The notes beneath the pieces are model-generated. The model was not told the DNA's origin and did no database searches. It saw only the letters and a program-made list of their open reading frames with translations. From the NCBI GenBank assembly GCA_937899735.1, contig CALBQZ010000164.1, forward strand, positions 1-63,112: 63,112 nucleotides of DNA, given 5' to 3'. Shown here piece by piece: positions 8,849-17,905 of this stretch (within the stretch, counting starts at the first letter, position 1; every line of letters starts with the position of its first letter). This stretch comes from an uncultured Clostridia bacterium. GTDB lineage: Bacteria; Bacillota; Clostridia; Oscillospirales; Acutalibacteraceae. A program made the position numbers and the translations under genes.

Positions 8849-10678
8849 TCAATTCTTTTTAAATTGTTGTTTAAGTCGTAAGTCTTTTGAAAGAATTGTC
8901 TTACGCAATCTGATACTTACCGGAGTAACTTCCATAAGTTCATCATCTTTAATGAATTCCATTGATTGTTCAAGACTTAATGTTGTATGTGGCACAAGTC
9001 TCAATGCATCATCAGAACCGGATGCACGAGTATTAGTAAGATGCTTTGTCTTACAAATATTACAAGTCAAATCCTCGTTTTTGGCACATTCACCAACAAT
9101 CATACCTTCATAGACCGGAACACCAGGGCCTATAAACAATCTACCTCTGTCCTGAGTATTAAATAATCCATAAGCAGTACTCTCACCTGTTTCATGAGCA
9201 ACAATAGAGCCTCTTTCTCTTGTTTCAATGTCACCCTTGAAAGGTTCATAACCTGCAAAAAGATTATTCATTATTCCGTTACCATTTGTATCCGTCATAA
9301 ACTCTGAACGATAACCAATAAGTCCACGAGCAGGAATTTTAAACTCCAGATGTGTTGCTCCACCATCACGTGAACCCATATTTTCCAACTCACCACGGCG
9401 TGAGCCGATTTTCATCATTACGGCACCAACATACTCTTCAGGAACTTCAACAATAAGCAATTCCATTGGTTCATGCAAAGCTCCGTCCACCATTTTAGTG
9501 ATAACTTTTGGTCTTGAAACCTGGAATTCATAGCCCTGACGTCGCATTGTTTCAATAAGTATAGAAAGATGTAGTTCACCACGACCTGAAACTTTAAATG
9601 TATCAGTAGATTCCGTTTCTTCAACTCTCATGCTAACATTAGTTTCAACTTCCTTGAATAATCTGTCACGAAGATTTCTTGATGTGACAAATTTTCCTTC
9701 TTTTCCAGCAAACGGACTATCGTTAACAATGAAATTCATTGATATTGTTGGTTCATCAATTTTTATGAATGGAAGTGGCTCAATGCATTCCGGTGAACAA
9801 AGTGTTTCTCCGATATTCAAATCAACAATACCTGAAACACAAATAATATCACCTACAGATGCACTTTCAACCTCAACTCTCTTTAATCCATCGAATTGAT
9901 AGAGACGGGAAATCTTTACATTTTGTTGAGTTCCATCAGTTTTACAGAGCACAAGAGCATCATTTCTTTTTATAGTTCCTCTTTCAACTCGTCCTACACC
10001 GATTCTTCCGATATAGTCATCATAATCAAGGCTGGAGAAAAGAACTTGTAACGGAGCATCTTTGTCACCAATAGGAGCATTGATGTTTTCAATAATAGCA
10101 TCAAACAACGGACGCATATCACCCTCACGAACTGTTGGTTCAAGTGAAGAATAACCATCCCTTGCAGAAGAATATATAACAGGAAATTCAATTTGTTCAT
10201 CACTTGCACCAAGTTCAATGAACAGGTCTAATACTTCGTCAATAACCTCGTCAGGTCTTGCCCCCGGTCTATCAATTTTATTTACAACAACAAGAACTTT
10301 TTTATTAAGTGCTAATGCCTTTTTCAAAACAAATCGTGTCTGTGGCATACAGCCCTCAAAAGCATCAACAAGCAATAACACACCATCTACCATGGTGAGG
10401 ATTCTTTCAACTTCACCACCGAAATCCGCATGTCCCGGTGTATCCACAATATTTATTTTGATATCCTTATACTGTACAGATGTATTTTTGGAAAGAATTG
10501 TAATTCCACGTTCTCTTTCCAAGTCATTTGAATCCATTACTCTATCCTGTACAACTTCATTGGTTCTGAAAATGCCACTCTGCTTTAGCAATTCATCAAC
10601 AAGTGTTGTTTTGCCGTGGTCAACGTGAGCAATGATTGCAATATTTCTTACATCTTCTCTTATTTTCAAATGTTTCAC
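8849..10678 (-). CDS. typA: translational GTPase TypA/BipA
   Basis: AHVDHGKTTL, DTPGHADF and NKID G-motifs, 609 aa, EF-G-like domain order. Confidence 0.95.
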   Translation of the reverse strand: MKHLKIREDVRNIAIIAHVDHGKTTLVDELLKQSGIFRTNEVVQDRVMDSNDLERERGITILSKNTSVQYKDIKINIVDTPGHADFGGEVERILTMVDGVLLLVDAFEGCMPQTRFVLKKALALNKKVLVVVNKIDRPGARPDEVIDEVLDLFIELGASDEQIEFPVIYSSARDGYSSLEPTVREGDMRPLFDAIIENINAPIGDKDAPLQVLFSSLDYDDYIGRIGVGRVERGTIKRNDALVLCKTDGTQQNVKISRLYQFDGLKRVEVESASVGDIICVSGIVDLNIGETLCSPECIEPLPFIKIDEPTISMNFIVNDSPFAGKEGKFVTSRNLRDRLFKEVETNVSMRVEETESTDTFKVSGRGELHLSILIETMRRQGYEFQVSRPKVITKMVDGALHEPMELLIVEVPEEYVGAVMMKIGSRRGELENMGSRDGGATHLEFKIPARGLIGYRSEFMTDTNGNGIMNNLFAGYEPFKGDIETRERGSIVAHETGESTAYGLFNTQDRGRLFIGPGVPVYEGMIVGECAKNEDLTCNICKTKHLTNTRASGSDDALRLVPHTTLSLEQSMEFIKDDELMEVTPVSIRLRKTILSKDLRLKQQFKKN

Positions 10679-10753
10679 CTTCGCATTATTTATATTTTAA
10701 TATTTTACCACTACATTGTGTTTTCTGCAATATCAAAATATAATTTTATACAC

Positions 10754-10782
10754 TTTACAAATATAAAAAAATAAGATAAAAT
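10754..10782 (+). promoter_or_regulatory. candidate sigma-A promoter for the DUF4091-rodA pair
   Basis: TTTACA (10754..10759), 17-nt spacer, TAAAAT (10777..10782). The AT-rich context makes chance matches likely. Confidence 0.35.
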
Positions 10783-10801
10783 TTATTAAGTATTGTAAGA
10801 G

Positions 10802-12439
10802 GTGATAAATTTGAATAATAATGTAAATCTAGTTATTCTGTCTTCCCTTGAAAAGATTTATCATAACGATAAAATTCCACATAAAAGTTTTTCACACTTT
10901 TCAATGTTAAGAAACGAAAAAAAATCATTTCAGATTGTTGTTGAAACTCTTGAAGCATTTAAAGGAAATCTTATTATAAACACATCTTTTCCTTTTTCTT
11001 TATATTCTGTTGAGCATATAAAATCTGACTTTCCAATGGCAAACGGTGCAGATGATTACTTTCGTTTTTCTGATGATGGGTATTATCCAGACTTACTTCT
11101 TCCAATTACAAATGAAATCACATTCAATAAGGGTGTAAATGTATTTTGGGTTGAGATAACTTCCTCGAAAGAACTTGTTGGTAATCAAAATATTGAAATA
11201 AACCTTGATTTAAAGTCTGATTACATAATAAATCGCAACATTTCAGTTGATGTAATCGACTGTGACATTGATTTTAAAAATTTTATTTATACTAATTGGT
11301 TCCATACCGACTGTTTGTCTTCTTACTATAATGTTGAAGTCTTTTCTGACGAATATTGGCGTATAACAAAAAACTTCCTTAAAACAGCTGTTGATTATGG
11401 AATGAACTGTGTGCTCACTCCGTTATTTACACCACCTCTTGATACTGAGGTTGGTAAGGAAAGACCAACTGTACAACTTGTTGATGTTACAGTATCAAAA
11501 GGTCGTTATTACTTCAATTTTGATAAGCTTGATTTATGGATAAAGATGGCTAAAGAATGTGGAGTCAAGTATTTTGAAATGTCCCACTTCTTTACACAAT
11601 GGGGTGCAAATTCTGCTCCAAAAATAATGGCAACCGTTGATGGCAAGTATAAAAGAATATTTGGATGGGAAACCAAGTCATCATCAAAAGAATACACTTA
11701 TTTCTTAAAAATTTTTTCTAAAGAATTAAAAAAGTATCTAGAGAAAAATAATCTTAAAGATAACACTTTAATCCATGTTAGTGATGAACCAAATTTATCA
11801 ATGCTGATTAGTTACTCTAAAGCATCCAAACTTATTCACAAACTCTTTAAAGGATATAGAATTGTTGATGCTTTATCCGACCCTTTATTCTTCCTATTAA
11901 AAATTGTTACTTCTCCCATTCCATCCAGTGACCATATTGATAAGTTTATTGGAAAAGTTCCTGAATTGTGGACCTATTATTGCAGTGCACAAATTAAAAA
12001 ATATGTATCAAACAGATTTTTCTGTAATGATTCAATAAGAACAAGAGTCATTGGATATCAAATGTACAAATTTGGGGTTCGTGGTTTTTTACATTGGGGT
12101 TACAATTTTTATTACACTCAGCTATCAAAATCACTTATTGACCCATTTAAAGTAAGTGATGCTGGTGGTAAATTTCCATCCGGTGACTGTTATGTTGTTT
12201 ATCCTGCCCCTGATGGTAATCCATATCATTCTATCAGATTAAAAGTATTTTATGATGCATTGCAAGACATGGCTGCATTGAATACTCTTGAAAAAATATC
12301 AAACAGAAAAACCTGTATCGATATTATTGAAGAAAACGTTAATTATCCGTTGACATTCTCTCAGTATCCACATTCTGACGAATGGTTGTTAATGACAAGA
12401 GAAAAGATTAATTCTAAAATTAAGGAAAGCTTAGTATGA
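10802..12439 (+). CDS. DUF4091 domain protein (GH123-related glycosidase-like), cytoplasmic
   Basis: 545 aa with no signal peptide. Motifs YYPDLLLP and FHTDCLSSYY..MNCVLTPLFTPPLDT are typical of DUF4091 proteins. The GTG start is uncertain (TTG at 10811 is possible). Confidence 0.55.
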   Translation: MINLNNNVNLVILSSLEKIYHNDKIPHKSFSHFSMLRNEKKSFQIVVETLEAFKGNLIINTSFPFSLYSVEHIKSDFPMANGADDYFRFSDDGYYPDLLLPITNEITFNKGVNVFWVEITSSKELVGNQNIEINLDLKSDYIINRNISVDVIDCDIDFKNFIYTNWFHTDCLSSYYNVEVFSDEYWRITKNFLKTAVDYGMNCVLTPLFTPPLDTEVGKERPTVQLVDVTVSKGRYYFNFDKLDLWIKMAKECGVKYFEMSHFFTQWGANSAPKIMATVDGKYKRIFGWETKSSSKEYTYFLKIFSKELKKYLEKNNLKDNTLIHVSDEPNLSMLISYSKASKLIHKLFKGYRIVDALSDPLFFLLKIVTSPIPSSDHIDKFIGKVPELWTYYCSAQIKKYVSNRFFCNDSIRTRVIGYQMYKFGVRGFLHWGYNFYYTQLSKSLIDPFKVSDAGGKFPSGDCYVVYPAPDGNPYHSIRLKVFYDALQDMAALNTLEKISNRKTCIDIIEENVNYPLTFSQYPHSDEWLLMTREKINSKIKESLV

Positions 12440-13617
12440 AGAAATTTTTTAAAACGATAAAAAATTTCATAAGAGAAACAGACAAGGTATTGCTTTTACT
12501 TTGTATGCTAACATCAGCATTCGGATGTATATCCGTTATGAGTGCTACAAAGTGGACTGTCGGTGACGGTGGAATGTTTTCACGAGATTTCATAGTTATG
12601 GTTGCTGCTGTTTGTGCAGGTATTTTCATAGCACTTGTAATATCCGTTATCGACTATGAATTTATTATGAAAATGGCACCTCTTATCGGACTGGTCTGTA
12701 TTGCACTTATGCTTTTACTTTTTGCCATTGGTGTAGGACCACGTGAACGACCTGATGCAAAAACCTGGATTAAGTTGGGTCCAGTATTTTTCCAACCATC
12801 TGAAATTGTAAAAATCGGGTTTATAATAACTTTCGGGGTTCACCTTGAAAAACTTAAAGGAAATATAAATCACCCATTCTCAATCCTTCAGCTAGGAATA
12901 CACGCATTAGTCCCTGTTGGTCTTGTCATAGTTTCAGGTGATATGGGTTCAGCATTAGTCTTTATAATCATCGCCATTGCAATGCTTTTTATTTCAGGTT
13001 TACATTGGGGATATTTCCTTGGTGGTGGTTTGGTTTTATTAGCCTTTCTTCCAATCGCCTGGATATATGTACTTGACGGAATACAAAAAGACAGAATTCT
13101 AGCTTTATTCCACCCGGAATTATATCCAAATATAATTTACCAACAAGAACGAGGATTAGCAGCTCTTGGTGGTGGTGGAATAACAGGTCAGGGACTATTT
13201 AACGGTACTCTTACACAAATTCCAAATGCAATTCCTGAAGCTGAAAATGATATGATTTTTACAGTTATCGGTGAAGAATTAGGTTTGATTGGTTGTGTTA
13301 CTGCATTGCTTTTGCTTGCTGGAATCGTTTTGAGAATCATTAGCACTGGTCGTCACGATAAGGTTGGTAACACAAAAGTTATGTGTTACGGCATTGCTGC
13401 TATGATTGCCGGACAAGTGATAATCAATGTCGGTATGTGTCTGATGTTATTACCGGTTATCGGTATCACTTTACCTTTCTTCAGTGCCGGTGGTTCATCA
13501 AACTTATGTATTTATTTCTCAATTGGATTAATAATGAGTTTCTACAGATACAATCAACAGAATGATATGATTCATGTTAGTCAGCACAATATTTACAACC
13601 CATTTTCTGATATATAA
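12436..13617 (+). CDS. rodA: SEDS-family peptidoglycan glycosyltransferase (FtsW/RodA/SpoVE)
   Basis: Ten-TM profile with QPSEIVKI, PEAENDMIF and LPFFSAGGSS motifs. Its ATG overlaps the upstream stop (ATGA). Confidence 0.85.
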   Translation: MKKFFKTIKNFIRETDKVLLLLCMLTSAFGCISVMSATKWTVGDGGMFSRDFIVMVAAVCAGIFIALVISVIDYEFIMKMAPLIGLVCIALMLLLFAIGVGPRERPDAKTWIKLGPVFFQPSEIVKIGFIITFGVHLEKLKGNINHPFSILQLGIHALVPVGLVIVSGDMGSALVFIIIAIAMLFISGLHWGYFLGGGLVLLAFLPIAWIYVLDGIQKDRILALFHPELYPNIIYQQERGLAALGGGGITGQGLFNGTLTQIPNAIPEAENDMIFTVIGEELGLIGCVTALLLLAGIVLRIISTGRHDKVGNTKVMCYGIAAMIAGQVIINVGMCLMLLPVIGITLPFFSAGGSSNLCIYFSIGLIMSFYRYNQQNDMIHVSQHNIYNPFSDI

Positions 13618-13644
13618 AAAAGAGGTCGTTTGACCTCTTTTTTT
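13616..13644. terminator. bidirectional intrinsic terminator (rodA / pcrA convergent)
   Basis: AGAGGTC (13621..13627) pairs with GACCTCT (13632..13638). It is flanked by an A-run and a T-run. Confidence 0.8.
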
Positions 13645-15985
13645 ACGCCTTTTTAACCGCACCCATATTAGCCATAATCTTCTTTGTTCCAACTTTTTCA
13701 AAAGCAATTTCCATTAATACGTCATTACCCATTGGACGTAAAGAAATAATCATACCTTTACCAAAAACGCGATGAACTACCTGTTCACCAACTATAAACT
13801 GTTCAGATGTTTTCTTCGTAGCAGTATTAAATCCCGAACCAAATCCATTTGCAACAGGTTTTGTTGTAATAGCTGTTGGCTTATTCTGAATAGTTCTTCG
13901 CGGTTTAACCATTGTCTCACAGCAGTCAGCTGGAAGTTCTTCCAAAAATCTGGATGGTCTGTTATATTTCGTGGAGCCAAAAATCATTCTTGAACGGGTG
14001 TTGAGAAGATAAAGCTTTTTCTTTGCCCTTGTTATGCCAACATATGCAAGACGACGTTCTTCTTCTATTTCTGAAGAATCGTATAAAGACTGCATACCCG
14101 GGAAAACGCCTTCTTCCATGCCGGGAATAAACACAACAGGGAATTCAAGACCCTTTGATGAATGAAGTGTCATTAAGACAACAGCATCAGCATCAGAATT
14201 ATAATTATCAATATCAGTCAAAAGAGCAACCTCTTCAAGGAAATCAGACAAATCACTTTCAGGATTTTCTTCTTTGAATCTTATAAGGTTAGAGTTCAAT
14301 TCATCAAGGTTTTGAATTCTCTCCTCACCTTTTTCCTTGTCGTTTAACAAAGATGCTTTATAACCTGTTTCATCGAGAAGAGAGATAAAAACAGAAGATG
14401 GTGATTCTCTTGTAAGTAATTCAGAGAAACTTTCAATCATATTTGTGAATTCAATCAGTTTAGCAGAACTTCTTTTAAGTTTTTCATATTCGTCAGATGT
14501 TTTAAAAACCTGAAAAAGGCTCATTCCCAATGCATCTGCAATTTCCTTTGCAGTATTAATAGTTGTTGCACCAATTCCCCTTTTAGGAACATTAATAATC
14601 CTCTCAAGTCTGTAATTATCATCGTGATTGACAAGAACAGACAGGTACGCAAGTGCATCCTTTACTTCCATACGTTCATAGAATTTGTGTCCACCAACAA
14701 TACGATATGGAATACCACTTCTTACAAAGCAACGTTCAATTGAGTTGGACATTGAGTTCATTCGATATAAAACAGCATAATCACTGAACTTACCTGTTGA
14801 ACCCATTGACTTAATAATTTCATCAGCAATGAATTTTCCTTCACCATATTCATCCTCAAGGGTGTTTAATACAATCTTATCACCCTTGCCATTTGAAGTA
14901 TAAAGATTCTTGCCTTTTCTTTGTTCATTGTTAGCTATAACAGCGTTTGCTCCATCAAGAATATTCTGTGTTGAACGATAGTTTTCTTCAAGTCTTATTA
15001 CCTGAGCATTCTTAAAATTCTTTTCAAAACTCAGTATGTTTTCAATTGTTGCACCGCGGAACTTATAAATACTCTGGTCATCATCACCAACAACACAAAT
15101 GTTATTATAACCCTCTGAAAGCAGTTTTGTAAGCATAAACTGTGCATGGTTAGTATCCTGGTACTCATCAACAAGCACATATCTGAATTTGTTTTGATAA
15201 TACCCTCTTACATCGTCAAAATTTTCAAGAAGTTTAACTGTATTGAAAATGATATCGTCAAAATCCATTGCATCAGCATTTTTTAATAATTGCTGATATT
15301 TCACATAACACTCACCAATCTGTTTTTCTCGATAGTTGCCACTACCTAACGACAAAAATTCATTAGCTGGTACAAGCATATCTTTTGCTCTGCTTATCTC
15401 AGACAAAATTGATTTATGAGGGAGAAACTTATCATCAATATTCAAGAGTCTTTGGCATTCCTTCATAACTCTTTTACTATCATCAGTATCATAAATAGTA
15501 AATCTTGACGAGTATCCTAATAAATCAGCATGTTTTCTTAAAATTCGCAGACAAATTGAATGGAAAGTACCAGCCCAAATATCGTTAGCGTCTTCACCGA
15601 TTCTTAATACTAATCTATCTTTCAATTCATTTGCTGCTTTATTGGTAAAAGTAAAGGCAAGGATTTCCCAAGGCCTTGGAGCATCAACAGATAACACATT
15701 TTTAATATGTGAATAAACACTTGTGTTGCCATTATAGTATTCATTCATAAGACTTAATGTATTATCGTCAATGTAATACTCAATTTCATCTGAATTATAT
15801 GCAGAACCATATTTCATTATATTTGCAATTCTATTAACCAGCACTGTGGTTTTACCACTACCTGCACCAGCAAGAATTAAAAGCGGTCCGTCAACCGATA
15901 AGACCGCTTTTAACTGCATATTATTCATTCTCTCAAATTCTTTTAAAATAATTTTATCTCTTAACTCACAAATCTGTGAATGCAT
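13643..15985 (-). CDS. pcrA: ATP-dependent DNA helicase PcrA (UvrD family)
   Basis: AGAGSGKT Walker A, DEYQDTN, and a C-terminal Tudor-like FIVGEQVVHRVFGKG. ATG at 15985 preferred over GTG at 15997 because AGGTGA lies 8 nt upstream. Confidence 0.9.
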   Translation of the reverse strand: MHSQICELRDKIILKEFERMNNMQLKAVLSVDGPLLILAGAGSGKTTVLVNRIANIMKYGSAYNSDEIEYYIDDNTLSLMNEYYNGNTSVYSHIKNVLSVDAPRPWEILAFTFTNKAANELKDRLVLRIGEDANDIWAGTFHSICLRILRKHADLLGYSSRFTIYDTDDSKRVMKECQRLLNIDDKFLPHKSILSEISRAKDMLVPANEFLSLGSGNYREKQIGECYVKYQQLLKNADAMDFDDIIFNTVKLLENFDDVRGYYQNKFRYVLVDEYQDTNHAQFMLTKLLSEGYNNICVVGDDDQSIYKFRGATIENILSFEKNFKNAQVIRLEENYRSTQNILDGANAVIANNEQRKGKNLYTSNGKGDKIVLNTLEDEYGEGKFIADEIIKSMGSTGKFSDYAVLYRMNSMSNSIERCFVRSGIPYRIVGGHKFYERMEVKDALAYLSVLVNHDDNYRLERIINVPKRGIGATTINTAKEIADALGMSLFQVFKTSDEYEKLKRSSAKLIEFTNMIESFSELLTRESPSSVFISLLDETGYKASLLNDKEKGEERIQNLDELNSNLIRFKEENPESDLSDFLEEVALLTDIDNYNSDADAVVLMTLHSSKGLEFPVVFIPGMEEGVFPGMQSLYDSSEIEEERRLAYVGITRAKKKLYLLNTRSRMIFGSTKYNRPSRFLEELPADCCETMVKPRRTIQNKPTAITTKPVANGFGSGFNTATKKTSEQFIVGEQVVHRVFGKGMIISLRPMGNDVLMEIAFEKVGTKKIMANMGAVKKA

Positions 15986-16016
15986 ATTAAAAATCACCTT
16001 TTAAAATGTAGAATAA

Positions 16017-16745
16017 TTACTCTGTGTACGACATAAAAATGAATTCATCGTCTTTATTTTTTTCATCAACTTCAATGACACTATTCTCTTCTGATGGTAA
16101 AGCATTTGAATTATATTCAAATTCAACAGGGGAAAAATCTGCTAAATCAGTATGTAAATTAATCAAATTAGACGCAGAAGTATTAAGCTTAGAACTCAAC
16201 GCATAAACATCTCTATGGAGTTGTTCAATTGATGTATTGAACTTGTTAGAGATTATATCAACATCTCTCAAAAGAGCCTCAATTTCAAGACATTCACGTT
16301 TTATATCCTGAGATGCAACAGCTCCGATATCTTTGGCTTTAGAACGTGCATTCTCAACTAAATCATCAGCGTAACGTCTTGCATCAATATAAACTGCACC
16401 AATCTGCTTTTCTGCTCTTTGAAGTTTTTCTGTCTTGTTATCAAAATCAACAAGTTTTTCGTTTAAGATTTTATTTTCTTTAAGTGCATTTTCCAATTTT
16501 TCAGTAAGAACTTCATTTTCCTTTTCTTTAATAGCGAGAAGTTCATTTACTTCATTAAGCTTTTCTAGTTTTTCTGAAATCTCATCCAACTGTTCTCTTA
16601 ACTCATTTGCTTCCTTTCTTTTCTCATCAAGAAGCATTCTTGTGTCAGCAGTTTCATGCTGTAAATTCTCCACAAGTGCAAGAACATCTGATTTCTTAAA
16701 ACCGCCAAAAATAGCTGTTTTCATAATTGTAATATCATTAGCCAT
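16017..16745 (-). CDS. DivIVA-like coiled-coil protein
   Basis: Start moved to the ATG at 16745 (AAAGGA 9 nt upstream). N-terminal FGGFKKSDVLALVENL resembles the DivIVA/GpsB head, followed by long heptad-rich E/K/L segments. Confidence 0.45.
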   Translation of the reverse strand: MANDITIMKTAIFGGFKKSDVLALVENLQHETADTRMLLDEKRKEANELREQLDEISEKLEKLNEVNELLAIKEKENEVLTEKLENALKENKILNEKLVDFDNKTEKLQRAEKQIGAVYIDARRYADDLVENARSKAKDIGAVASQDIKRECLEIEALLRDVDIISNKFNTSIEQLHRDVYALSSKLNTSASNLINLHTDLADFSPVEFEYNSNALPSEENSVIEVDEKNKDDEFIFMSYTE

Positions 16746-16895
16746 AATAAAAATTCCTTTTACGCAACTTATTAACATTATTTTAGCAGAAAAATCAAAA
16801 TAAAACAATAACAAATCAAAAATTTATGTAGAAATGTAAAAAAGAATAGACAAACACTGTAAAAAGATGTAATATGAAAAAAAGGAGGAGTTATT

Positions 16896-17867
16896 ATGAA
16901 AGACAATAAAAAAGCATTAATTAAAACTGCGGGTGTTGTTGCCGCAACTGCCGGTACAGCATATTTATTGATTGGTAATATATTTTATTATATCACACTT
17001 ACAAGAAGTGGTATGAAAAATCCTTATTTTAAAAAGGTTGCTAGTGGCACAAAGCATAAAGATGAAGAAAGACTTCGCCTTGATGCAATAAAAGAAGAAC
17101 CAAAGGAATGGTTCGATAATGTCAATAAAGAAAAAATCATTATAAAATCAACAAGTACAAATAAAAATTTACATGCTGATTATATTTTCCCAGAAACAGA
17201 AAGTGACATTTTTGTACTTGTCATCCACGGATACACATCAAGTCCACGTGGTATGGCAATGTACGCAAAAAAATATCATGAATTAGGATATAATGTTATT
17301 CTTCCAAGCCTTAATGGTCATGCTGATAGTGAGCAAGGAACGGTTACTATGGGTTGGTGTGACCGAATTGATGTTATTGATTGGATAAACTTTATTGTTG
17401 AAAACTATCCTGAATCTAAAATCGTTCTTCACGGAGAATCAATGGGTGCTGCGACTACTATGATGACTACCGGTGAAGAACTCCCTAGTAACGTAAAAGT
17501 TGCTGTTGCTGACTGTGGCTATACCTCTGTTTGGGATATTTTTAGCAATAAAATAGAAAACAGTTTTAAAATGCATCAGTTCCCCACTCTGTATAGTGCT
17601 AGTGTTGTTAACAAAATTTATTCAGGATTTAATTTTAAAGAAGCCTCATCAGTTGAACAGTTAAAAAAATCTAAAACACCTACAATATTCATTCACGGCG
17701 ACAAAGATACTTTTGTGCCATACGAAATGCTGGACAAAGTTTATAACGCTGCTGCATGTGAAAAAGAAAAAGTTACCATTAAAGATTCACCTCACGCACG
17801 AAATGCATGTGCAAACCCTGAGCTTTATTGGAATTCCATTTTAAATTTCATTAACAAATACATATAA
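16896..17867 (+). CDS. membrane-anchored alpha/beta hydrolase
   Basis: N-terminal TM helix, HGESMGAA nucleophile elbow (GxSxG), and a late HGDKD..H triad pattern. Confidence 0.75.
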   Translation: MKDNKKALIKTAGVVAATAGTAYLLIGNIFYYITLTRSGMKNPYFKKVASGTKHKDEERLRLDAIKEEPKEWFDNVNKEKIIIKSTSTNKNLHADYIFPETESDIFVLVIHGYTSSPRGMAMYAKKYHELGYNVILPSLNGHADSEQGTVTMGWCDRIDVIDWINFIVENYPESKIVLHGESMGAATTMMTTGEELPSNVKVAVADCGYTSVWDIFSNKIENSFKMHQFPTLYSASVVNKIYSGFNFKEASSVEQLKKSKTPTIFIHGDKDTFVPYEMLDKVYNAAACEKEKVTIKDSPHARNACANPELYWNSILNFINKYI

Positions 17868-17870
17868 GAA

Positions 17871-17900
17871 AAAACTCCGTAATATGAATTACGGAGTTTT
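17871..17900. terminator. bidirectional intrinsic terminator
   Basis: CTCCGTAAT (17875..17883), loop ATGA, ATTACGGAG (17888..17896). It is flanked by an A-run and a T-run. Confidence 0.8.
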
Positions 17901-17905
17901 ATTAT

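Noticed and set aside
10218-10628. 136-aa antisense ORF inside typA. Similar 100-130-aa antisense ORFs occur at 16435..16803, 25919..26290, 38483..38800, 41960..42307, 43222..43542, 43895..44242, 44468..44818, 59320..59658 and 62031..62420.
   Set aside because: All lie in the frame opposite strongly supported genes, have Ser/Leu/Thr-biased composition and lack ribosome-binding sites. They are best explained by stop-codon depletion imposed by the sense-strand codon usage.
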